From positions 155,496,001 through 155,560,000 of the forward strand of contig NC_042998.1 of NCBI RefSeq assembly GCF_006345805.1: DNA of 64,000 nucleotides, read 5' to 3'. Below are positions 51,452 through 62,939 of this stretch, piece after piece (position 1 is the stretch's first letter; every line of letters starts with the position of its first letter). The DNA comes from Octopus sinensis (Eukaryota). The translations under genes and the position numbers were made by a program. The notes beneath the pieces are model-generated. The model was not told the origin of the DNA, searched no databases, and worked only from the letters and a program-made list of their open reading frames with translations.

Positions 51452-52510
51452 CAAGAATTCATGGGCTGACTATGAGTGAGTGATGCTAGAGCTGTGAAAT
51501 CATCTTGCATGCATTCATTTCAATTCTTCTTATTAATAACTGCATTGTTTCCTTTGAGGTAAACTGACATCTGACTGTTCAAAAAAAACTTCAAAAGTAA
51601 CTAGTTTTGACTTCTCTTGAAGATGGACAAAATCTGGCAAGGTGGTGTTATCAAGTACCTGAAGAAAAAGGATTTAACCCTCAAGGACATTCATGCTGAC
51701 ATGGTTGATACATTAGGGGATGGTGCTCCAGCTTTATCAACAGTGCAAAAATGAGCAGCAGAATTTGGTGGGGAAAGGAGAGTCTTGAAGTTGACCCAAG
51801 GTCTGGACCAGAAAAAGTACACCAGACCGATCACATGACATTATTTGAGACAGATCTAGCTAGTTTCCATGAACATTTCCTAACCCAGGATGAGTATTGG
51901 CTTCATCACTTTGAACCAGAGACAAAGAGACAACCCATGCAATGGAAACTCCCCTCCTTACCTGCTGCAAAGAAAGCCAAGGTCATTTCATCTGCAGGGA
52001 AGGTGATGGCCTCAGTTTTTTGTGATGCAAAAAGTATTGTGTTTATAGACTATCTTCAAAAGGGCCACACAATCACTGAGGCAATTACAAAAGGTTATCA
52101 AGACCAAAAACCCATGGAAACTAACAAAAGAGGTGTTGTTTTATCAGGGTAATGCTCCAGCACACACGTTCTTGGTCTCAATGGCTACTGTACATGACTG
52201 TGGCTTTGAACCAGTTGATCACCATTCCTATTCTCCTGATTTGACCCCATCTGACTATTACCTTTTCCCCAACAAGAAAAACAAACTTATCTGGGAACCA
52301 GTATCATAGTGATGATGATGTCATATCTACTGTTGATTTTCTTTTACCAAAAGAATGAAAGCTTCTTCATTAATGGGATTCAGGCAATGCAACACCAATG
52401 GAAGAAGTGTGTGAACTGCAACGGGGACTACATTGTAAAATAAACCTCATTTGGTCACATTCCTCAAGAGTATCTTGGTCAGCCTATGAACTTCTTTCAG
52501 CCAACCCTTG
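51452..52510 (+). mobile_element. Decayed mariner
   Basis: MDKIWQGGVIKYL, WLHHFEPETKRQ, AGKVMASVF, YSPDLTPSDY; TA flanks; left TIR partly deleted. Confidence 0.85.
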
Positions 52511-53689
52511 TACTTCTATCATCTTTCTTCTCAAGGTTAATAAGGCTAGCACCCATTCATTTTCTTTAGAAAGTTCTCCATATCTAGATAATTTGATAAG
52601 CTCTTTCCACCTATAGTAGCAGCCCTCCTATCAGATATCCATGACCCCAACCACACCTCTTTTTCTTCAATTAATTTTCCTTCTCTCCTAGACTCTCCCA
52701 GCTACTTTTCAAAGATATTAAGTCGCCCTATGCTGTTGTTACATATGATGATGATGATGATAATGCATAGCTCTCAAATTCTTCAACTGCTGTATTCTGT
52801 TTGACTTCAGCACCTCCACTTCATTTAATTTTACCTCAGTTTCATCTGCTTTTCCTTTTCTGGAGAGTTCTACTAGTAGCTTGGTAGATTGGTCATTGAC
52901 AGCAGGAGAGACCTCAATATTGACAACTTGTTTGTTTACCTTCAGGCCTAAATTAACTTTTTTTTTTACTCGGTAGTTGTTACATCAATGACTGTATCAA
53001 CACCTTCATTACTCATATTCATTCCTATGCCATAGAATTTATATCAATCATCTTCATCACCTTTGTCAATTTCATCAGCATCATTAGTTTATTGACCAGT
53101 AAACTTCTTCACTTCTATCATTTACAAACCTACCTACTACTCCTACTTTTCTGCTTGAATACAAGTGTCCCATTTGTTTGCGATGATAGATTTGCTTTCC
53201 TCAAAACATTCCTCACACACTCTGTAAATGTCAACACATGCACTTCACACCACCCATTTTTTCTACCCCTGCACTCACATAAACTTCACCACCATCTTTA
53301 TACACACACAAGAAGACAATGCTTTGTTCACACCACATACAATCATGCCTTGTCTACATCAATGCATTTCTCACTATCACACATATGCATACATACACTT
53401 GGCTTCTAACTTTCTCAGACATGTCATTTGCTCCATGCCTATTTCCCTTAGCACACATTTGTTGTTCTCTGTTGGAAACAACTAACTATATTCATTTCTT
53501 GTCTGCCATTCCAGCATGTTTCATCACTGAATACTTTTTTCCTAACAAGTTTTTTTCCTCTTTTTTCTCCTCACTCCTTCATTCTAAAGAGGCACACAAA
53601 ACTCTAACAGCACTGAAACTCATGAGAGGCAGTTAAAATCATAATTTTTTTCAGTTATTTGTTCAACATGTTGTCTCTAGAGATTCACT

Positions 53690-53850
53690 ATCATCATTAT
53701 CATCCTTGCTGGCATGGGTTGGACAGTTTGATAGGATCCAACAAGCCACAGACTGCATCAGGTTTCAATGTCAGCTTTGACATTGTTTCTACAACTAGAT
53801 ACCCTTTCTAATGCCAACTACTTTAAATGTATATAGGGTGCATTTTCATA
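53690..53850 (-). mobile_element. RTE family B tail fragment
   Basis: (CAT)n..GCTGGCATGGGTTGGACAG..CCCTTTCTAATGCCAAC. Confidence 0.65.
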
Positions 53851-53999
53851 ATGCTAGTACTAGTGCAGTTTCCAAGTAACTTGCAAAACAAAGTAAAGAA
53901 AGGAAAGGAAATTCCAAAATTATTTTGGAGCAAGAATTACTTTATGTTATAGGGTGAATTTAAACCAGACTAAGAGTTAAAAAAGATCATGATACTTAC

Positions 54000-54056
54000 T
54001 TTTATAATTTCAATTTCAAAATTATCTGACAGTTTTTCAATCTCAATTTTCTTTTT
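54000..54056 (-). CDS. Host exon, 57 nt, phase 0 to 0: KKKIEIEKLSDNFEIEIIK
   Basis: acceptor ttattcttctgaaaag, donor AAA|gtaagt. Confidence 0.72.
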
Positions 54057-54676
54057 CTTTTCAGAAGAATAAATAAATATTCATAATATAATATTTATTT
54101 AAATAGAAGCTATTCTAGAAAACTTCTAACATGTTAAGTGCTTACAAGTGCTTTCACAAGAGAAAATTTGTACAATTGATACAAAAGTTATTAATATGAT
54201 TACAACATCTGTTTTAATTTTATTAGTTACAAATATCCTCAAACTCATCATCATAACTACAGACCTATTTGCACAAAATATATTTTAGATAATATAGAAA
54301 TTTAATTTTGGACTAGTAACACACATTTAGCAATATTTTAAAGATACTAACTCAAAATACATGACATTGTAATTTCAATATCAGTTACAAAAAAATAATT
54401 TGATACATTTCAGGATATTAATGGTAACTGAGATAATAAATGTCAATCAGGATAAAAATTAGGAAAATGATAATGACAAAAACTATTAGTTTTGTCCAAT
54501 TTTATTTTCAGAGAAACTAAGTAAATGAATAAACACGTAATCTAGATATCTAAAACAACAAATCACTGAGGTAATTGCTTATCACAGTTTGAGTTAAAAT
54601 CTAGCTAGAATTGATTCAATAAGTACCAGTTGTACAGTGTACAGGGTAAAATAAAGCTTAGTTTCTAAAAGCTTTA

Positions 54677-57197
54677 CAATGATCCCTCGCTACTTCGCAG
54701 TTCAACTGTCGCATATTCACGACTTCACAGATTTTAAAAATATATATACATGAACACCTAAATTTTTCATTAAATCCATTAAAATATTAAAAATAGATAT
54801 TATTTCCTTATAGATTAGGAACAACAAGACAAGCATAAAATAGCAAAAAGGCATATACAAGGGTATTTGAACTTAAGACAGGCTTTGATTGGTGCAATGG
54901 AGAGGGACGCTGAATCACAGCTTTCTATTTTGTAATCTGGCCTTTTGACCAATGCTCAGATCCGCAGCATCTTCTTGTCTCTCTCTCTCTCTCGCAGCCA
55001 TTTTACTTCAAGCTTTCTCGCCGAGTGATTTACTGTACTACTTTACACTGTTCTGTGTGTGATTTTTTTTTGTGTTTCTTTGCGTTTTCATCCCCTGCAA
55101 TGGCTCCCAAAACGTTCTGCTTCTTCCAAGGCTGGTACTGAGCCTAAACGCAAACGAAGAATGATGACGAATGCTGAGAAGGTGAAATTTCTGGATATGT
55201 TGAAGGAAGGAAGAACTTTTGCTGCCATAGCCCACCATTTTAGCGTGAGTGAATCCACCATTCGCTACATCAAGAAGGACGAGACTAACATTAGGACTTG
55301 GCTGCCATCACCTTTAATAAGTTGGTGAAGAGAGTGGTTACGGCTCGTAATAAAACTATCATCTGTATGGAAGCTGCTTTGGCCGTATGGATAGCCGACT
55401 GCCAAAAGAACATAGCCTTGGATACGAACATCATCCAAACAAAGGCTAGGAGCCTGTACAAGACTTTTGCCGTTAAGGAACCTGAGGACAACAGTGGCAA
55501 CCATGAAGAAGAGGATGAAGACGATGTAGAAGATCTGCAACCAGGGACGTTCAGTGATTCACAACCTAAAAAAACGTCCTTTTTCTGCGAGCAAAGGGTG
55601 GTTTGTTAAGTTCCAGAAACGCTTCAGCCTAAAAAGCGTTTCCCTGCATGACGAGGCTGCTTCTACTGACATGAGCACTGTTGAAACATATGTGAATGAA
55701 ACTTTCAAGAAGATTATCTGCGAAAGTGGATATAAGCCCGAACAAGTTCTTAATATGGACGAGATGGGCTTGTTTTGGAAAAGAATACCATTGCAAACTT
55801 TTCTGTTCAAAGAGGAAGCAAAAACCTCTGGCTTTAAAGTGTACAAGGATTGTGTGACCCTCGTGATGTGTGGCAAAACTGCGGGATTTTTGTTAAAGCC
55901 AGGACTTATTTACAAGTCTAAAAACCCAAGGACCTTAAAAAACAAAAACAAGAATCTGCTACCCGTACATTGGATGCATAATCCAAACACATGGATAACG
56001 AAGATGCTGACCTTCGACTGGTTCCACTAGTGTTTTGTCCCGCAAGTCAAGGTGTATTAGAGAAGTGCTTACCATTCGAAATTCTTCGCCTTATGGATAA
56101 TGCTGGTGGCCATGCTACTGATCTGTTGCATGAGGGCATTCAGATTGAGTTCCTGCCACCCAACACTACGTCACTTATTCAACCATTGGATCAGGAGGTT
56201 ATCAAGGCATTCAAGGCCCTATACATGAGGAATGTCCTGGTGAACCTGGTTGCTTCTGTGGATGCCACCCAAGAAGATGAAGACGAAAATTTTAACTTGA
56301 AAGCATACTGGCAGCAGTACACAATTGCTACGTGCCTCCAAAATATCCAGAAATGAAACCTGTCACCATTAACATGAGCTGGAAAAATGTGTGGCCCGAG
56401 GTTATTTACGACGACAAGGGATTTACACCTACCGAAATCCAGCACTCCACAGTACAGAAAGCTTTGCAGTTGGCTGCATTCATTGGAGGTGATGGCTTTG
56501 CAGACATGAACACGGGAGACATCGACGCAGACCTTGAAGACTTGATGAAGTCGACCAGAGAAGGAGGAGAAACGGAAGAAGTTGTCGACTAAACTAGCTT
56601 GACTTTGGAACGGCTGGCCAAGCTCTGCAACTTGGCTAAAGAGTTGAAAGAGGGGTCACAGGAATGGGACGACGATATGGTTCGTTCTGTGCAATTTTGC
56701 AACAAGGTTGACGAAGTCATGAATCCCTACAAGATGCTCCTTGAACAGAAAAAGAAGCAGCGGCAGCAACTTCCTATCACAATGTTTTTGCAGCCTCACA
56801 AAAAAGAGCCAGTTCCTGCTGCTACTACTATGGTTGCACCTTCGGAAGGAGTGGAAGAAGTGTCCCAGGAAAGGGTACCGCCATCAACTTCATCATCATC
56901 ACTTCTACTGCGCAGCAAATTCATCACCATCATCATTCAAATTTTACTTCAACTTCTTTCATGTTGAGTACAGTAACAATCTTTATTTTTTTTTAATCTA
57001 AGGTGTTATTGCTTAACAGTTGTCCTTGTTATTAATAGACTACTGCAATGGATGTGTTGTTAACAGCACAGGGAAGGTTTTAAAAGTCCAAATACATGTT
57101 AAATAAATACTGTAAATATGGTGTCCCTACTTCACAGAAATTCAGTTATCACGGCCAGTCTCAGAACCAATTTACCACGATAAACGAGGGATCACTG
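54677..57197 (+). mobile_element. Full-length Tigger/pogo-type element with frameshifted CENP-B-HTH/DDE transposase starting at 55100
   Basis: TA TSD; TIR CA(A/G)TGATCCCTCG; KRKRRMMT..EKVKFLDML, ASKGWFVKF, NMDEMGLFWK, MDNAGGH, IQPLDQEVI. Confidence 0.92.
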
Positions 57198-57553
57198 TAT
57201 TTCCAATAATATTTTAAATAATGAGGAATACAGGTAGATAGTAACATATTTTGGAAATAGGTGTAGAAAATTTAATTGATTGGTTCTTAATTTTAATTAA
57301 TCCAGATGAACAAAGGGCATCATTAACATCAGTGGAATTTAAACTATTAGTGTATAAGGACATGCTAGAAATAGCAACTAAATCACCTTCAAACCACACC
57401 CTGCTGTTTTAAGAAAAGGAAATGCATGTGGGATGTGTGTATGTGTACAATATTATGCCTGAGAAAAAGAATACCTTTGATTACAGATCTGCTCAAAACT
57501 TATCTTGGTCTAAACAACAACAAGAATAATTAGAATTTAAAATGTACCTTTAC

Positions 57554-57634
57554 CTTTAAAAGTTTAGAATTTTGCATTTTGAGATCTTGAATTTTACTTA
57601 ATGAATTTTGATAATCTGTTAGATTCTGCTCCAG
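57554..57634 (-). CDS. Host exon, 81 nt, phase 0 to 0: LEQNLTDYQNSLSKIQDLKMQNSKLLK
   Basis: acceptor ttttcttttacataatttcaaag, donor AAG|gtaaag. Confidence 0.8.
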
Positions 57635-57789
57635 CTTTGAAATTATGTAAAAGAAAACACTATGAATTGTGTAAATAAAACATGAAAATTAGGAAAATGA
57701 CAATGACAAAAACTAAATCACTTAGGTAACTGCTTAGAGACATCATCTGTATGAAAGTTAAATTAGTGGTAGCATGTAACTATTTAGAA

Positions 57790-57889
57790 NNNNNNNNNNN
57801 NNNNNNNNNNNNNNNNNNNNNNNNNNNNNNNNNNNNNNNNNNNNNNNNNNNNNNNNNNNNNNNNNNNNNNNNNNNNNNNNNNNNNNNNN
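57790..57889. other. Assembly gap, 100 N
   Basis: run of N; hides the 3' end of the adjacent LINE. Confidence 1.
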
Positions 57890-57898
57890 GGTTTCACT

Positions 57899-60862
57899 TC
57901 ACGAAGGCTTTCTAGCAACTGCCATTTGGTGCATGAGAGAGTTCGATGCAGCTGCCCTCATCTGCCCCTCCTGCCGTGAAGTTGGTTCATCTGGGACACC
58001 TGACAGGAAGAGATCCAGCTCCATTTTAAAGACATCTGCATCCACCCCATGCAGGTCTCTCAGGTTCTTCGGGAGGATATTGAAGAGCTGTGGGCCTCGG
58101 AAGCCCAGGCTATCACAGAATCTTGTCCTACATCTTGATGGCAACTTTGGAGTCCTAGGCACCACGCAGTGGTGCCCAGTTCTGGCATTTGCGTAGCTCT
58201 CGATGCCAAAGTTCAGGACACGTCCCTCCAGGATCTTCCAGATGTATATTATGGCATATCTTTCTCGCCTACGCTTTAAGGAATAGAGTTTTAATCTCTT
58301 GAGTCTTTCCCAGTAGCTTATATTCTGCATAGAGGCTATCTTCTTTGTGTAGCTACGTTGGATCGCGTGTAGCTACGTTGGATGGTGACCATAGCTGAGA
58401 GCAGTAGTCAAAGTGGCTTAGGACAAGTGTCCTCCAGAGGACCATCATGGTTTCTTGTTCTCTTGTTCTAAAGGTTCTGAGGATCCATCCGGCCAGTCGT
58501 CTACATTTCATTGCCAATTTAGCAACATGTACACGAAAGGTCGCGTCATCACTCATGTAAATACCTAGGTCACGCACTGATTGTGCCTCTGGATTGCTAT
58601 TCCTCGGGTCCAGTGTATTCATGGGTATTGCATTAGTTTTGCATGCTGATAGTATAGAGCTTGAAACTTTTCAGCATTGAACTGCATGCTATTCTTTTCG
58701 GCCCACTTGTATATTTTGTCCACCTCACATTGCAGGTGTTTAGTGTCCTCAGGGTTCTGTATTGCCTGTGAAACTTTTGTATCATCTGCATAACTTGTGA
58801 TCGTAGCTCTCTGCGTGGCTGAGGGCATGTCTGAGAGGGCCATTATGAACAGTAGTGGTCCCAGAACAGTGCCCTGCGGAACACCGCTCACTATTTGCGT
58901 GTTAATGGAAGTGGCCCCATTGGCTACTACCACCTGACTTCTATCTTTCAGAAAGTCATGAAGCCATTCTCCCAGTTTTCCAACTATGTTGAGATCACGC
59001 AGTTTGTGGACATATCATTCCATGATCGACTTATCAAAGGCCTTTGCAAAGTCAAGATATATCACTTCCACATTTGAGTGGTTGAGCAGCCGTTTCAGCA
59101 CCCAGTCATAGTGTTGTAGGAGCTGAGTTAAACAGCTTCTCCCTGGTCGGAAACCATGTTGGGTGTCGGGCAGCAAGTCATTCTCTTCAAGGAAGGTGAT
59201 CAGCTTCCTTCTGACTATTCGTTCCATGACCTTGCTGATGTGTGAGGTCAGAGAGATAGGTCTATAGTTCTTGGCTTCCGCTCTGCTACCTCCTTTATGA
59301 ACGGGGCATATTTTACCTTCCTTCAGTTTTCCTGGAAGTTTGCCAGCTGCAAGGAAGCTCTGAAAGAGGAACTGCAGTGGTCTTGCTAGGACTCTCTTAC
59401 ATGCTTTTAGGAGGATTGCCGGGAATCCATCGGGGCCAGTAGCTGAGTCTGTTTTCATTTCATCTATAGCCTTGATTACATCGTCTTCCTTTATATCGAT
59501 GTAATCTATCGTCGCCGCCTCTGATTTTATATCTGCAGTGGTAAAAAAGTTGGACTGGTGATTTGGAGATGCCCAAGGGGTGGAGTGAAATCACTCTTGA
59601 ATTGCTCATTCAGTATTTCACTTACCCTCATTGGTTTTTCTGTAAGTGTGCCATCCTTTTCGAGGAGTGGCCCTAATCTACAGTGCACCGTAGCTGTTTC
59701 TTTGGCATACTTGTAGAAAGCTCTGGGGTTAGATTTTATGTTGTCTATAGCCCAGGCTTCTTTGTCTGCTCTTTCTCTTTCATGGGAGAGTTGCAGACAT
59801 TTTTCGATTTCCAACAGTTTTATTTTTAGGCGGGACTTTTCACTGCTTTCAATCTGTTTGTTTAGGCGATTTGAAAATTTTGTACGCCGTCTCATTAAAA
59901 TTTTCCTCTCTCTGGGGATTTTGTTCTTGTGTACAGTGGCCTTTCTCTCTGGGACACATTTGTAGCATATGGCTTGCATTACAGACATGAATTGTTGAAG
60001 TTTCACGTCGATGTCTGGCGAGGAGAGACATTTAGGCCAGTTTTGTTTGAGGATCTCTTTCTCAATTTGTTTCCAGTTTGCCTTATGGTAGTTCAAGCTG
60101 GAAAGATTCTGAGGGTTTCTTGTAGGCTGCATGTCCGTGCTCGTACATGGTCAGCTCTATCATGTTGTGATCCGAGAGTAGTGTCGGTGTCACTTTCACA
60201 TTATGGATTAGATCCATGTCATTTGTGAAGCAGAGATCCAGTGTGTTACCTGCCCTGGTTGGTTGGAGTATTACCTGCTCCAAGTATAGGGTGTTGATGA
60301 GGTTCAGGAGGGACCTCGCCTGTCCTCGTTCACATCTTGTCATTCCTGGGAGAGAAAGGCCTTCGGGCCATCTGACATTGGGCAGATTGAAGTCTCCCAT
60401 AAGAAGTACACTTATGCGTTGTTCTAATGTGGTTAGAACTTCTTCTATTTTTATAAGGCAGTCTTCAAACTTGCCCACATGGCTTGGGGCATCTGGAGGG
60501 CGATATGTAGCACACACAACTACATCAAGTTGCCTAATATGTACAATTAGTGTGTCACACACCGAGTTTGAGTATGACAAGAGGACCTGGGGTGTGAGGT
60601 CCTCACGGATGTACATAGCAATACCTCCATGACTCCTTTCTTTTCTGTCGGTCCGTAGTACAGCATACTGTAGTATGTGTAACTCCGCATCTGCTATGTC
60701 CGGTTTCAGGTGCGTTTCCGTAAGTGCTATGCATAAGGCTTGATTGCATGCAACAAAGTCTCTCAGGAACGGGATTTTTGTCCTGTTACTGAGTGTTTGC
60801 AGTCCTCTGATGTTCAGTAGGAGCATCGAGGTGAGGTGTACGTTGTTGCCGGCAGTGTCCAT
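57899..60862 (-). pseudogene. ORF2 (APE endonuclease and RT) of a CR1-like LINE, about five frameshifts
   Basis: LLLNIRGL, ALTETHL, MGDFNLP, TLDLCFT, SDHNMI, NYRPISLTS, QHGFRPGRSC, VPQGTVLGPLLF, YADDTK, SYWERLKRLKLYSL. Confidence 0.93.
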
Positions 60863-61719
60863 CCTGTGTCTGTTTGCTGTGGTGGTCTGGTATATAGTGG
60901 GTAGTCCCACCTGTGGGCTTGGGTTTGATGAAGCCAGGTCAGCTGCTGTACAATCTTTTGTGCCATGCACAAAAAAGATTGTTGCTCAACAGCTGCCCTT
61001 TCGACAACATCATGTTGGCGGTTTGTGGCACGCACAACATCTGCGTACCTCCGCTTTGGGGCAAGTGGTGCGTGGTCCATCCCTTTTCCTTGTGTTGATG
61101 GTTTGTCCATCTGTCTCGTGTCTCTGTGGCAGGGTCCCCGATGTGCAAAGCGGCAGCCTGCACCTTCCTTTCCATGCCAGCAGGAACCTCTCAGGTAGAA
61201 CCTACACACCCGTGTGCACTGTTTGTTTCCATCTTTTGCGGTTCCACTTCTATTCCTGGTTTTTTCACCCTTTGGTCCTGCTTGAGCTTTTCCTTTAGCT
61301 CTTCCAGTCCTTCTTTTAGTTCTTCCTCCTCCCTCTACCTCTTCACCGGGTTCTCCGTCTCCATGGCCCTTGCTGCCGGTTGGAGAACTTGCACCTGGGT
61401 TCACTTCCCGGGCAGGTTTCTCATTCAAAACCTCCTCCCGGGCGTCCACCAGATGGGGGTGACTTCTTTCATCGTCTCCATTCTTGCCATCTTTGCCCCG
61501 CTCGTTCTCAAAGATGGCATCAAGTGCGCCAATGTGTGACCGTACAAGCGCATTTGAGCGCACGAATTCCCGTCTCTTTCGCTCCATCTGAGCCGCTGTC
61601 CTCTTGTAGCCGTTGTTCTTCAGCGCAGCCGCAATCACCTCGCTAGGGCTATCTCCGTCGGCGCACTTCCAGGCTCGTACAAATAAATCTAGTTTGTCAG
61701 GTCTCCAGGCTCTGGACAT
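60814..61719 (-). CDS. LINE ORF1, 301 aa, open: Myb/SANT(trihelix)-like N-terminus and CCCH zinc finger
   Basis: IAAALKNNGYKRTAAQMERK; CRFYLRGSCWHGKEGAGCRFAH (C-x7-C-x8-C-x3-H); lies directly upstream of ORF2. Confidence 0.85.
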   Translation of the reverse strand: MSRAWRPDKLDLFVRAWKCADGDSPSEVIAAALKNNGYKRTAAQMERKRREFVRSNALVRSHIGALDAIFENERGKDGKNGDDERSHPHLVDAREEVLNEKPAREVNPGASSPTGSKGHGDGEPGEEVEGGGRTKRRTGRAKGKAQAGPKGEKTRNRSGTAKDGNKQCTRVCRFYLRGSCWHGKEGAGCRFAHRGPCHRDTRQMDKPSTQGKGMDHAPLAPKRRYADVVRATNRQHDVVERAAVEQQSFLCMAQKIVQQLTWLHQTQAHRWDYPLYTRPPQQTDTGWTLPATTYTSPRCSY

Positions 61720-61779
61720 GCTGGATAATCTGTCTATTTGTTTATCTATCTAACTATGTTCGAGAGAAGACTAGAAGAT

Positions 61780-62200
61780 ATTAAGGCTAATTAGAAGATA
61801 GAGTATTTGAAAAAGATATTAACAATATTAAAGTTTGTGGGTAAAAACGTTATTTAATCTTAAGGCTAATTAGAAGATAGAGTATTCAAAAATATATTAA
61901 AGTGTGGGTAAAAATGTTAAAGTGTGGGTAAAAACGTTATTTAATCTTAAGGCTTATTAGAGGATAGAGTATCTGAAAATATATTAACAAATATTAAAAT
62001 GTGGGTAAAAAGACTAATTAGAAGATATTAAAGTGTGGGTAAAAAATTAGAAGATATTAAAGTGTGGGTAAAAACGTTGTTTATTCTTAAGGCTAATTAG
62101 AAGATAGAGTATCTGAAAAATTATTAACAATGTTAAACAAAATTAAACAATATTAAACGTTATTTAATCTTAAGGCTAATTAGAAGATAGAGTATCTGAA
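61780..62200 (-). repeat. Irregular tandem array in the presumed 5' UTR of the minus-strand LINE
   Basis: five copies of TTAAGGCT(A/T)ATTAGA(A/G)GATAGAGTAT interleaved with GTGGGTAAAAA units. Confidence 0.85.
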
Positions 62201-62939
62201 AGAGGAGAGATGAGAGGGTAAGAAAGAGAGGAAAGATTATTTATCTATCTAAAGTTCGTGAAAGTTCACGTCCATGCATATATACGCATACATATATACA
62301 TACACGCACACATATATACATACACGTACACACACACACACACATATACACAGACGGGGAGAGAAGGAAGGTGGAAGAAAAAGAAAATGAGTGAAAATAT
62401 ATTAAAATATATATATTAAAGTGTGAAGAAAGGGTTATTTAATTCTGAAGCCAATTTCTGCCTTCGAGAACAGATATTGAGATGTAAACAAAACAAAAAT
62501 GGCGATCGTAACTTTAACCGAGATGTGGGCTTAAGTTAAGGGGGATAAAATAGGATAATAAACAAAATATGAAATAGAAGATGAAAGTGATACTTAATCC
62601 AACGATGTGGTCTGGATTTTTTGTGGTTTACGGGATTGTTTTCCAGGAGAGATGCTTCTTTTTCCTTCTTGCAGGAGATAACTTGATTCAGTGAGTTTTT
62701 CCACCATGTGCGTTTTCGGCGAAAATGAAAATTACTGTATATATGTATATATATATATATATATTTTTTATATTTTTAACCAAAGTGTTGTAATGATCTC
62801 TATGACTTAGAGTTTTACGTTTTGCTACTTCAGTAGGTTATTTCGCCGATCTATGCAAACTTTTTCACAGAGCAAAGGCAATCACGTCTCTCTCTGCTGA
62901 AAACGGAACCGGATATATTTATTTTTTACTTTATTTATA

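Noticed and set aside
54455-57740. Match of about 30+20 bp between 54455-54590 and 57681-57740
   Set aside because: Too short to distinguish an old exon-module duplication from a dispersed repeat fragment
62590-62706. Minus-strand ATG (MVEKLTESSYLLQEGK...) as the first exon of the host gene
   Set aside because: Short; the only nearby donor gives phase 1, which does not match exon 57634, and the gap prevents testing
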